64,000 bases of DNA from the human T2T-CHM13v2.0 reference genome, Homo sapiens, in assembly GCF_009914755.1 (NCBI RefSeq), contig NC_060927.1; one strand, written 5' to 3'. Position numbers and translations under genes: made by a program. The notes under the pieces were generated by a model, which was given only the letters and a program-made list of their open reading frames with translations, was not told the origin of the DNA and made no database searches. Positions 1 through 12,277 of this stretch are shown here, piece after piece. How positions within the stretch are numbered: position 1 is the stretch's first letter; each line of letters starts with the position of its first letter.

Positions 1-385
1 CACCTCTTGCATCAATGTGCCCTGAATATGAGACAAGGAGTCAAAGGAGATCATTTTGGAGTTTGAAGATTTGACTGCCTTGCTGGATTTCAGACTTGCA
101 TGGGGCCTGTAGCCCCTTTGTTTTGGACAATTTATCCCATTTGGAAAGGGTATATTTACCCAACTCCTGTATCTAGGAAGTATCTAACCCATTGTATCTA
201 GGAATTAACTAACCTGCTTTTGACTTTACAGGTTCATAGGCAGAAGGGACTTCCCTTGTCTCAGATGAGGACTATGGAATTTTGAGTTAATGCTGAAATG
301 AGTTAAGACTTTCGAGGACTATTTGGAAGGCATGATTGGTTTTGAAATGTAAGAACATGAGATTAGGGAGGGGCCAAGGGCAGAA
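1..385 (+). mobile_element. THE1 (ERVL-MaLR) internal sequence, 3' end, truncated by the window edge
   Basis: MaLR-int motifs (gtcaaaggagatcattttgga, ttgtctcagatgag, gagttaatgctgaaatgagttaagacttt) ending in the purine tract gggaggggccaagggcagaa directly before the LTR. Confidence 0.88.
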
Positions 386-724
386 TGATATGGTTTGGCT
401 TTGTCCCTACTGAAATCTCATCTTGAATTGTAGCTCACATAATCTCTGCATGTCATGGGAGGGACCCAGTGGGAGGTAATTGAATCATGAGGGTGGGTTT
501 TTCCTGTGCTATTCTTGTGATAGTGAATAAGGCTTACAGGATCTGATGGTTTTATAAAGGGCAGTTCCCCTGCACACACACTCTTGCCTTTGCTTCTCCT
601 TTGCCTTCCACCATGATTGTGAGACCTCCCCAGCTACATGGAACTGTGAGTCTGTTAAACCTCTTTTTCTTTATAAATTACCCTATCTTGGGTATTTCTT
701 CATAGCAGTATGAAAATGAATACA
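386..724 (+). mobile_element. THE1 3' LTR (THE1D-like)
   Basis: Starts tgatatggtttggct and ends ttcttcatagcagtatgaaaatgaataca; TG...CA termini. Confidence 0.9.
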
Positions 725-974
725 GCATATAATAAAATAAATCTGTACATAAATGCCTAAAAACAAACATAAATTTCATCTCACCATTCAAACCATTTTT
801 TCAGGACCATTTCATGTAGGTGTTAGAAAAATTTTAGTATATCATTATAGAAAAAAATGTATATACATATACCAGCATACATATACATCATATTTGGACG
901 AATGAAAGCATACTACTCCACATACTACTTTATGTCTTGATTTTTAATGTAATAAAAAATATATGTTTACTCAT

Positions 975-1160
975 GAAATTGTCACAACAACATTATGAGA
1001 TAATTACCATGATCTATCTCCCCAGACAGATGAAGAAAATAAAATTCCTAGCAATGAGATGTTCAGTAACTTGCTCAAGGTCTCAAAGCTTTTATGAGGC
1101 AGAGTTATAGTTTAAGAACTAACATTCTTGACTCCACTGTCTGTGTGCTTAACTCATTAT
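975..1160 (-). mobile_element. MIR SINE fragment
   Basis: Degenerate MIR core: cacaacaac...cagatgaagaaa...agtaacttgctcaaggtc. Boundaries approximate. Confidence 0.55.
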
Positions 1161-1359
1161 AATGTCTTAGTGATCATTCTCCATCAAAAAAATATAGCTT
1201 TAAACATTATTTTTTAATGATCATATGGTTTCAGAGATAATTTTTGAATAATTGATTATTTTCACAAGTTATTCAATAAAAGTATTTAGCATTGTCAGCA
1301 TCCTTATGGTGGAGCAATAGGAATGAGATACCACCTGAGAAACTTATCAAGTTGACTTT

Positions 1360-1431
1360 CTAACTTGGTTACAATTGTTCTAACTTAATTAAATCTAACT
1401 TAGTTAAATCTAGCATCTAACTTAGTTAAAT
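1360..1431. repeat. Short imperfect tandem repeat of ctaacttagtta(aat), 4 copies
   Basis: Units at about 1360, 1380, 1395 and 1417. Confidence 0.7.
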
Positions 1432-4140
1432 TGATTGTTGATGTTAGCTGTCTCAACATGTTTTTAAATGACTAAGTTGGACAAAGTTTGTAAAATAGGA
1501 GTAGAATCTTCCTTAAGTGTCTCAAGGTGTACCCTTAGGATGGTGGGTCAGAGAGTGCCCATACAGTTGCTTGCTGTTTTCTTCTAGTTGTTTATATTGT
1601 GACTATCACAGTGACCTTTTCTACAAACTATGAAAAGCTATTTCAAATTAAACCTCCTGGCCAACTGTCCTCTTCCTTCAGATGAGGGCTTCAGACCCAA
1701 ATCTGAGGTGTATGGTAAGAAACTGTAGATAAAGCTATCTTGCATATGAAGATTTTTCTCTAGTTGAAGGCTTAAAGAAGACAATCGATGCTCTGCTTGT
1801 CTAAAATATTCTGTCAAAAACTTTCAAAAATGAGCCCCAAAGTTACCTTTTCATCTTCAACAATACCTATCTTAATGGTTATCTTTGTTCGGATAAGATA
1901 AAATGGAGTTTAATTTTCTTTTCCTCGGCAAAAATAATGAGAACAACCCAAAAGTTGCTTTAAATTTACTTATGGTGAATAAAATAAAACTTTATGCAAA
2001 ATATAATGGGTATAGTAAAGTAAATTGCTAAGGCTGACACAGTTCTCAGAAAGCCAAAGTATTCCCTAGCTTGTTCTCTCCCACATGGGAAGGGTGGTAG
2101 GCTCCTAATAGAAGAGCTGAGGAGACACAGCATTTTGCCAATTATTGCTTTTCATGTTTCATTTAATTTCTTACTACCAGATTTAATAAATTCAAATTAT
2201 TCTTCAAATTCTGATTTTTTAGAATAGTAATTATACTTTATATTAAAATCCTTTATAAGTTGAATATTAAATGTATTACCCTTTCTCCACATTCTCCAAC
2301 TTTTCTTTCCCTAAACATGTATTGCTTTTCTAATAAGAAGCATGCACCACCTTGCAAATATTTCAAAGTATTTGAAAGTGGCATCTCAAGATTAATAAAT
2401 AGTCCTTAGAGAGTGTACTTTTGACAGATAAACAGCTATGGAATCTCTAATAAGCACAAACATATTTTGCATTTGATATTAACTTTAGTACAGTTACTCC
2501 ATAGCATAGTTCAAAGCTACAGAAAAAATAACCATTTACTTTAATAATGTTCTAAAAATACAAACTAATACTCCAGAAGATACACTATTGTTCTTTCTAC
2601 TTTTACTACAGCTGTGCATAAACTCACCTGTTTATGGCAGATTAATATTATACAAGAAAAATGTAATGTTTAAGAAATTTACAGGTCGAGAATATTTTTA
2701 ATCCAATTTTTATATGTGTTCTTTAACTTTTTGAATGCTATATATTTTTTTGAACTGATAAAATATGTATTAATGGTATACTTCCACTCTCAAAAGACTT
2801 TATCTCTAAACGGGGAATACAAATCTTTGAAAGAAATGACATTTTACCAAAAAGCTTGATCTTTCGTGACATACCATCTAACTCTCACATCGGGTGTAAT
2901 TTACCAAATTGGTTTGAAGGCATTTCAGAAAAGTACAGAAGCCATGGTCTGCATTACTGATGGATTTATCCAAGTACTTGATAGTCCATTAGGAGAATGA
3001 TTCATCTGAAAGCAAGGGCAGACCAATATCCACACAGCGCTTCAAACACACAACCAATTTGAGAAGCAACCAGACAGCTGTTTCCTACTTAGAGTCTGCC
3101 TGCGACCACATAAGTAATGCTTCAGATTTCCACTTCTACCAAGATTGTATTTGCTACTTTAAAAATTGCTATTTCCCCTTGAAGAGATGAATGTCACTTA
3201 TCCTGTTATTAGAAGGAAGCTAAGGAATATCCAATTCAGTGAAAAGAGGCATGGAGGTAGGGGGAAAAGAAGTGCTTGGATACAAACAGCAGTATTTGAA
3301 CTAATGAATCAAAAATGCCTGCAATGTCTTAGATGATATTGTTATATATCTTAATTCACAGTACTCAAAAAACCCTATATCTTTTTGCCTGTACTCTATT
3401 TTTCCAGGTGTTTACACAGAATCTTAAACTTTCACTTTTATAATAGCCCATAATCATACTACATGATCAGGTAGCCCTACAAATACAGTTACAGATAATT
3501 GCAGTTGTATTTGTATTAAGTGCTAAGATATTTATTAATGCTCAATGATGAGTAAATCATGAACAAAGTACTCTCAAATTTTATTTTTAGCTTTTGAATT
3601 ACAAGTTTCAAAAGAAAACATAGTGATCCATATTTTATTTTAATGATCTAATAGCCTCCTTTGCTTGCAATTTACTTATCCCTAGCTCTAAATCTTGTAA
3701 ATTTCTGACTATAGGTTTGTATGGACTCACTTCCCACAACTCTTCAAGTAATTCCAAAGTTGACTGAACACTATGCCACTGTGTTTCCCACCTCCAGTAT
3801 GTATATTCATATGGCAGGTTATGTGAATGGTGTCCCTCGGAGCTACGCAAGGCACAGTCCTTTATATAGACTGCAATTGGAATATGCCTTCTGGATTTGT
3901 ACACTAGTCATGGCTAGACTAGGGGTATGGCTAGACTCATCACACCTTTTTTTTTTCATCAGTTCTGCTTATGTTACATGTCCTGTGCCAGTAACCTTAC
4001 CCCTAAACTTACAGGTTACCTAAGGAAGTAAAACCCTCTTTATTTCAATGCTCAAGTTAAAGATTGCCATGTCTGTTAAGCACACCTGATAAAGCTATGT
4101 TCTCTTCTGTGCTTCCATGGCCATTTGCTCCTACAGGAGG

Positions 4141-4526
4141 TATATTAGTCCGTTCTCACACAACTATGAAGAAATGCCCGGGACTGGGTAATTTATGTAA
4201 AAAAAGGTTTAATTGACTCACTGTTTCGCATTGCTGGGCAGGCCTTGGGAAACTTACAATCCTGGTGGAAGGCAAAGGAGGAGCAGCCATCTTCTTCACA
4301 GGGTGTCAGGACAGAGAGACTGCCAGCAGGGGAAATGCCAGACACTTATAAAACCATCAGAATTCATGAGAATTCACTCATTATCATGAGAACAGCATGG
4401 GGAAAACTGCCGACATGATCCAATTACCACCACCTGGTCCTGCCCTTGACACATGATGATTATGGGGCTTATGGGGAGTACAATTCAATATGAGATTTTG
4501 GTTGGGGACACAGCCAAACCATATCA
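4141..4526 (-). mobile_element. THE1 solo LTR (THE1D-like) with 5-bp TSD
   Basis: tatattagtccgttctc...ggggacacagccaaaccatatca, flanked by ggagg at 4136-4140 and 4527-4531. Confidence 0.92.
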
Positions 4527-4821
4527 GGAGGTCAGCATTTCCTGTACTGCTTTGTCTGTAGGTGTATGTTGCATGTGTGCTTTAGCCTTTCCTACTTCAG
4601 AATGAGATATTTCAGGACAGGGATCTTATGACTTGTTACTCTTTGAACAAATATGTCATGGTTCCTGCTACATGGTTGGGCTAGAAATTGTCTGCTGAAT
4701 TAATTTCAATAAGCTGAGAGTTCTTACAAGACAGGTGAAAGTACTTCAAAAAACCCATTAGCCTGTAAGGTTTAAAGGAAATATCTCAAAACATCTACTT
4801 AAAATTTCATTCTTAAAAGGC

Positions 4822-5140
4822 ATTCAGGTGCAGTGGCTCATGCCTGTAATCCCAGCATTTTGGGAGGCCAAGGCAGGTGGATCACGAGGTCAGGAGTTCA
4901 AGATCAGCCTGGCCAACATGGTGAGACCCCGTCTCTACTAGAAATACAAAAATTAGCCAGGCGTGGTGGCAGGAGCCTGTAATCCCAGTTACTTGGGAGG
5001 CTGAGGCAGAGAACTGATTGAACCCAGGAGGTGGTGGTTGCAGTGAGCCGAGATCGCACCACTGCACTCCAGCCTGGGTGACAGAGCAAGACTCCGTCTC
5101 AAAAAAAATAAATAAATAAAATTAAAAAAAATAATAAAAA
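4822..5140 (+). mobile_element. Alu (AluS type)
   Basis: Complete dimeric Alu consensus with central A-rich linker and A-rich tail at 5101-5140. Confidence 0.95.
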
Positions 5141-5804
5141 AGTCATTTCGGACTTCAGAAAACATCGATTCTGTTTCATTTATTTTATTGAAGTCACTCC
5201 TTGCACAATATCAAATACAGAATTACCAGACTCATAACCAGGTTCCCTGGAGCAATGCTTCCCTATCTCCCTGCTTAATTACTCCTTCAATGGTCACAGC
5301 AATGCAAAACTAAACCCACAAAACTTACATAATTCTCTTTTTTAGTAATCCTTGCAAAGACTAGGCCTGCCCTTTATAATACGAATTAAAACTTGCACAT
5401 CAGAAATGCAGAGCATTATTATCTTAAAGACCAAAAAATAGAAAGTAATCCTCTATTAAATGCAGAATTGGTCCTTGTTTTAAATAATCCTCTATGGTCA
5501 ACATATGGTAAGGCATACAGCTCCCAGTTTTCTAGTGTACACAAGAATTTCACCATGGTAATGGTGAGCAGATGGATCAGACAACTGGTCATTTTTTAAT
5601 TAAATCATACACCAAAGAAGGCTTAGAGTGGCTCTAAGAAAGACTATGACAATACAAATAGTTAATTGATCTTTAATTATTAGACATCAAGAAAAATCGT
5701 AGAAGGCCATATAGGTACCATTTGGGCAGCCAGTTCCAAAAAGCTGATACATGAAGAAATATATAAAAGGAAGGCAAAGCAAGTTCTGAGACAATGGTAG
5801 ACAG

Positions 5805-5935
5805 TTTGGATTTAATGGATACTTATGGAGAACCTATTATAATGCCAGGCCATATTACACAACTGGAGTTAAAACTGAAGAAAACAGTCAAAAATCTCTT
5901 CCTTCATGAAGCTCATAATCTACTGGAAAGATAAA
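5805..5935 (-). mobile_element. L2 3' fragment
   Basis: Weak match to the L2 end: tacttatggagaacctattataatgccaggc...ccttcatgaagctcataatcta. Confidence 0.4.
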
Positions 5936-6959
5936 TTAACCATGGATAAATACGCTGGGGCTTGATTATAAAATGAATTAACATTACAGATAATTTTGTT
6001 CTTCCTAAACCAATCCCTGTCCTTTTGTTTTTTTTTTTAACAGAAGTCAGCCTTTACTTTATTCTAAGGTGACAACAAACAGCAATAGTTGTCCCATACT
6101 TCCTGGCACAACAGAGTTACATCAGCCTATGCAATTCAAACTACAGCCTTCGTTTATGCCTTGCCATGTGACAGCATGTGATGGAGACGGAGACGCCAAC
6201 AGACCCCAATAGATTGTGTTCACGTGAAAGCCAATTCCAACAGTTAGAAGCTGATCTGGCAGACATCCTTCCCTAATGACTCTTTCTAACATCTGAACAT
6301 GCATTTTTCTAGATGCTTGCACCTTTTCACACTGTAAACACAAGCTTTCTGTCAAACACTGGTGTTAAATAATCATCCTTCCCCAGCCAACAGTTACTCG
6401 TATAGCAGAACTTGCCAATGAGTCTCTCAACACTGATTATCAGCCACACTATTTCCAAAGAAAACAGGGATGTTAACCCTGTTAGAATTTGTTCATTTTT
6501 TTCTTATGCTAAGTAAACACTAGCAAGGATGGAAGAAATAGGTTACCTTGGGCTTTGAATTTAAAGACACCATCATTAATGCAAAAAAACCACTTGTGTT
6601 ATAAGTTCAGTTTTAAAAAAACATTTTTTAAAACAACTTTCATAACAATCATAGTGAAATTCCTTCAGGGTCTAATTCTGCACATACAACAGCAAAGTGA
6701 TGAAATTATTTGTTTTTCAAGATAATGTAAAATAAATTGATTTAACTTTTTCTGAGGGCATTGAAAGATTCATTAAAATAAGATACAGCAAACACAAGAG
6801 ATGACAAAGTGTTAAAGAACTTGATACTCTTCAAGAAGTTTGCATAACTGCTTAAATTGTTATAACTCAGAATCCCTTCTACCTACCTTTAGAACATAGT
6901 AAGGATGAGAAATGTAATTATCTGATCTAAATAGACGCTTTTCTCTCTTGTATCTTAGA

Positions 6960-7283
6960 GTGATGCCATCTATTAGAAATATAATGCAAGCCGCAAAAGT
7001 ATTTTAAAACATTTTAGTAGCGATACTTTTAAAAAAGTAAAAACAAAGTAAAATTAATTTAAATATGAATTTTATTTAACGCCCTTTATCCAAAATGTTA
7101 TCATTTCAACAAGTGTTCATTATAAAAAATCAAAAGACGTAACTTTTCCTTTTGTTGTTCTGATTCTATATTTTCAAGTTCTGGTGTCAATTTTATATTA
7201 ACAGTACTTGTAAATTCAGACTAGTTACATTTTAAGTGCTGAATAGTCCCATATGACTAGTGGCTACTCTATTGGACAGTAGA
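6960..7283 (+). mobile_element. MER33-like hAT-Charlie DNA transposon relic
   Basis: ctattagaaatataatgcaagcc...ttttaagtgctgaatagtcccatatgactagtggctactctattggacag. Confidence 0.7.
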
Positions 7284-9196
7284 GTTTTACAAGATTGAAA
7301 CTATACCTGTATCACTGATAGGTACAATGCCAGGACAATTTTTATGTCATATCAGGGCCTGAAAATAATATAACAATGAAAGACATTTGTGAACTAATGT
7401 ACAATTGAGGTGCATGTCATGTGATAATTTATCACAATATCCCACAGTGAAAGTGTTGATTCATGTTCCAATGGTAAGCAATGGACTACTGCTTACTGGT
7501 TGAGGAAGTCTAATATTCATCAATACTAAGAGCTGTTCAGAAAAAAGACATTTTAAGACACCAATCTTTTAAATTTCCTTTTCCCTTTATGTAACTTTAA
7601 AACAACTTGAGCAACAAATGTCAGAGTTTTAGAACCCCAATCCCTAAGAAGTAAAAATGAAGTAAAATAATTAAGGACTAGTCAACATATTCAGAAGTAT
7701 CATTGCTTAACAGAAATGTCAAGTTTTGGGATGCTGCCTTCAAAATTCAGGGTTTATCTTTCCCAGAGTATTCCCTCTAGAATAATTCCTTTCGCCTTCT
7801 CTTTCATGTGATCCAAATGTCTTAAGCCTTATCATCTCGTGGCTGTAAATGATTAGTCATAAATGTATTTACTGGCTTTGGCTCACATTTGCTCATGCTA
7901 TAGCTTTGGTTTCCTGTAAATTATCCTTTCAGATTTTTTTCTTGTGTCACAAGGTGTGTCTCATTGGTGCTCAGAAACCACCAGCATGCATTCCCTGTCC
8001 TGGTCTTCCACAAGCCCAGCTTTCCTCTTGGGTGTCTGGCTTTTCTCCATTTAATGTTTGAAGGTAACTTGCCCTTTTGATGGGCCTTTCTATAGGGTAT
8101 TTTTTTAACACCTTTGAAGCGTATATAGCAGTAAAATTGCTGTTTTCTCCTGTTGTCAACAAGACAAAGCAAGCTTCTGCATATGGCTGTCCTAACAACT
8201 TATGTTGCCAAAACTGCTTTTGTACAATGCAGAGAAGATTGTCCTCTCCCTGGTGCTATGTGAGTTACTGTTTTAACTGGGCCCTAAGGTGATTCTGAAT
8301 GTGTATTGTGTCTTATGTGGTTCTTAGCAAAAATGGCCACTTAACCTTCTATTGGAAGCTTCTCTTTAGTGGGTCAGATCAGGTCCCCAAGGCCAAGTGG
8401 TAATTTCACACCATCTTGTCTTCCAATTCACCATAAACCTGGTTTTCCTCCTACTATGCATTGCTTGTTATATTCCCAGTGCCAACAAAGGGGCTAAACT
8501 TACAGTAGGCAATAAATAAATTGAATAAATAATTAAAATTTTTTTTATAATTCCATTTTCATATTATCTCTATAAAACAATATTTATTTGAAATGTCTTA
8601 ATTATTTTGACATATTTTAATTTTATTTTTCATAGGAGATTCTGAATGATTTTTTAAATGAAAATGGCTTTATTATTTTATTGGTGAAAGCAAGAGAAAT
8701 TCATTGCACAAAATAAATCAAACTATAAAGATCTCTATAAAATTTCTTGCAATCCCTTACAGTGAAAATTTCTGTAATGGCTTGCTTAAAATACTTTCAG
8801 AGTTCTTTGTGTATTCTCTTTCTCATGAAGATTATATATTACATGTTGTATAATATGCCTTTTCATTCATTTTTATATAGTAGATATAATAAATACTTCA
8901 AGATTTTTAAAATGCCTAATATTTTATTATATATATGAACTATGAATAATAAATCATTTCCTATGGTGAATAATTTGTCTTTACTTATTTTTCCTTAAAG
9001 TCTCACTGTGAAAGATACATATCGTACTGTATAGAAGTTGGAGTTTGTTACTTATTATACCCTTTCAAGAATCTCATCAATGTAAGACCCTTGTGTAAAA
9101 TGTTATCACATTGTATCTATTTACTCTTCCCTTTTAAGTATGTTGTTTAAAATTTTTAAAATAATGCATACAATTTATCATTAAAATGTCAAATTT

Positions 9197-11342
9197 GAGC
9201 ATTTTTTCACATGCCTGTTGACCACGTGTGTGTCTTGTTTTGAAAAGTGTCTGTTCATGATCTTCTGCCCGCTTTTTAACGGAGTTATTTTTTGCTTGCT
9301 AATTTGTTTAAATTTCTTGTAGATTCTGGATATTAGACCTCTGTCCAATGGACAGTTTGCAAATATTTTTTCACATTCTGTAGGTTTTCTGTTTACTCTG
9401 TTGATAGTTTCTATTGCTGTGCAGTAGCTCTTTAGTTTAATTAAATCCCATTTGTCAATTTTTGCTTATGTTGCAGTTGCTTTTGGTATCTTTGTCATAA
9501 AATTTTTGCCCATTCCTCTGTGCAGAATAGTATTGTCTCCATTTTCTTCCAGGGTTTTTAAAGTTTTGGGTTTTACATTTAAGTCTTTAATCCAGCTTGG
9601 GTTGATTTTGTATATAGTATAAGGAGGGGTTCCAGTTTTAATCTTCTACATATGGTTAGCCAGTTATCTCAGCACCATTTATTGAAAAAGAGTCTTTTCC
9701 ACGTTGCTTGTTTTTGTCAACTTTGTCTAAGCTCAGATGATTGCACGTGTATGGCATTATTTCTGGGCCCTCTATTCTGTTCTATTGGTCTATGTATATT
9801 TTTGTACCAATACCATGCTGTTTTGGTTACCGTTGCCTTGTACAATAGTTTGAAGTCGAGTTTCTTTTTGGTTAGGGTTGCTTTGGCTGTTTGGCTATAG
9901 GTTGCTTTGATTTCATATGCGTTTTAGAATAGTTTTTATAGTCCTTTGAATAATGTCATTGGTAGTTTGCTAGGAATAGCATTAAATCTGTAAATTCCTT
10001 TGGGTAGTATAGCCATTTTCACAATAATGATTCTTCCTATTCGTGAGAATGGAATGTTTTCCCATTCATTAGTGTCATCTCCAGTTTCTTTGAGCGGTGC
10101 TTGGAATTCTCATTGTAGAGATATTTCACCCCCCTGGTCAGCTGTATTCCTAGCTATTTCATTCTTTTGGTGGCTATTGTGAATGACATTGCATTCTTGA
10201 CTTGGCTCTTAGCCAGGATGTTGTTGGTGTATAGAAATGCTACTGATTTTTGTGCATTAATTTTGCATGCTGAAACTGCTGAATTTGTTTATCAGATCAA
10301 GAAGATTTGAGGCAGAAACCACGGGATTTTATAGTTATAGAATCATACTATCTGCAAAGAGAGATAGTTTGACTTCTTCTCTTCCTATTTGGATGTTTTT
10401 ATCTTCTTTCTCCTTTCTGATTGCTCTGACTGGGACTTTTAGTACTATGTTGAATGGAAGTTGTGAGAAAGGGCGTCCTTGTCTTGTTCTGGTTTTCAAG
10501 AGGAATACATCCAGCTTTTGTCCATTCAGTATGATATTGGCCATGTATTTTTCATAGCTGCTCCTTCTTATTTTGAATTATGCTCTTTCACTGATAACTA
10601 CAGAAATGCCGCTCAAAATCACAATGAGATACCATCTCACACCAGTAAAAATTGCTATTACTAAAAGGTCAAAAATAACAGATGCTAGCAAGGTGGTAGA
10701 GAAAAGGGAACTCCTACACACTGTTGATGGGAATGTAAATTAATTCAACTATTATGGAAAGTAGTTTGATGATTTCTCAAAGAACTTAAAATGGTATTAT
10801 CATTTGACCCAGCAATCCCATTATTGGGAACATACCCAAAGGAATATAAATTGTTCTACCATAAAGACACATGCAAGCATATGTCCATTGCAGAACTATT
10901 CACAATAGCAAAGACATGCAATGAACCCAAATGTCCATCAATGGTAAATTGGATAAAGAATGTGTGGTATATATATACAGTGTGGAACACTATGTAACTA
11001 TGTAGCCATAAAAAATCATGTCCTTTGCGGCAACATTATGGAGCTAGAGGCCATTATTCTAAGCAAACAAACACAGGAACAGAAATTCAAATACTGCATG
11101 TTCTCACTTATAAGTGAGAGCTAAATGTTGAGTACACATGGACACAAATAAGGCAACAACAGACACCAGGGACTACTTGAGAGTGAAGGTTGGGAGAAGA
11201 GTAAGGATCAAAAAATTACCTGTTGAGTACTATGCTTATTACCCAGGTGATTAAATCATATGTTTACCAAACCCCTGTGATATGCAATTTACCTGCATAT
11301 AAAACTTGCACATGTACTACTATACCTAAAATAAAAGCTGAA
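9197..11342 (+). mobile_element. 5'-truncated, 5'-inverted L1 (L1PA15/16-like): minus-strand ORF2 segment 9197-10587 joined to plus-strand 3' end 10588-11342
   Basis: ORF2 RT-like translation on minus ([10 protein letters not shown]...FPL-type motif region, LSLFADSMI; ORF 10335-10544), ORF2 C-terminus and 3'UTR on plus; TSD taaaatgtcaaattt at 9182-9196 and 11343-11357. Confidence 0.9.
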
Positions 11343-11758
11343 TAAAATGTCAAATTTAGCATACATGTTTACCCTTTTTTAGATGTTAAAGAATTTTTTA
11401 AATTTTTTAAATAATAAAAAGAAGAGTAGTGTTACCCTCATTAAAATAAAAATGTCAGGAATAGGGTAGAATAAGATGGCTGTACAGAACCCTCTAGTTA
11501 TCATCCTCCACCCACGCTACACAAACACCAAATTGGATTATCCACACAAGAAATCACCATCATATGTACCAAAATTTAAGTGAGAAATCACAGTACCTGG
11601 TTTTAACATCGTAGCAAGGACAGAGGCATTGAAGAGGCATCTTTCCTCTATCCCCTGGCAGCAGCCATGTGGCACAGAAAGAGACTCCCTGTGTGTGGGA
11701 GAGGGAGAGTGAAGAGATAGTGGGATTTACTTTGGAACTCAGTGCTGCACAGTAACAG

Positions 11759-12277
11759 TGAGAGGTGAAGCCAGCTGGACTTACTGGGTGGAGTGGGGAC
11801 TTGGAGAACTTTTCTGTCCTACAAGAGGATTGTAAAATGCACCAGTCAGCACTCTGCAGCTAGCAAGAGGATTGTAAAATGTACCAATCAGCGCTCTGTA
11901 AAAACGCACCAATCAGCACTCTGTAAAAGGCACCAATCAGCGCTCTCTAAAACGCACCAACCAGCAGGAGTCTAAAAGTAGCCAGTTGGGGGGAGGATTG
12001 AAAAAAGGGCACTCTGATAGGACAGAAATGGAACATGGGAGGGGAAAAATAAGGGAATAAAAGCTGGCCACCCCAGCCTGTAGCAGTAACCCACTCGGGT
12101 TCCGTACTACGCTGTGGAGGCTTTGTTCTTTCCCTCTTTACAATAGCGCTTGCTACCAATCACTGTTTGGGTTCATGCCATCTTTAAGAGCTGTAACATT
12201 CACCACAAATATCTGTGGCTTCATTTTTGAAGTCAGTGAGACCATGAATCCACCAGGAGGAACGAACTCCAGGCACT
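11759..12277 (+). mobile_element. LTR12 (HERV9) solo LTR, LTR12F-like, with 4-bp TSD
   Basis: Starts tgagaggtgaagccagctggac, contains tandem caccaatcagc repeats and aataaa; TSD acag at 11755-11758 and 12278-12281. Confidence 0.9.
11825..11966 (+). promoter_or_regulatory. LTR12 U3 tandem CCAAT-box array (NF-Y-type sites)
   Basis: About five ~23-bp units of (a/c)accaatcagc(a/g)ctctgtaaaa; three have an intact CCAAT. NF-Y binding to LTR12 U3 repeats is established for the family, not shown for this copy. Confidence 0.6.

Noticed and set aside
3635-4023. Overlapping 89-aa and 100-aa ORFs in unique sequence
   Set aside because: No recognisable domain, codon pattern or splice context; lengths are within chance expectation for 64 kb.
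11825-11966. Regular ~23-bp repeats resembling a CRISPR array
   Set aside because: No unique spacers; these are the LTR12 U3 CCAAT tandem repeats.
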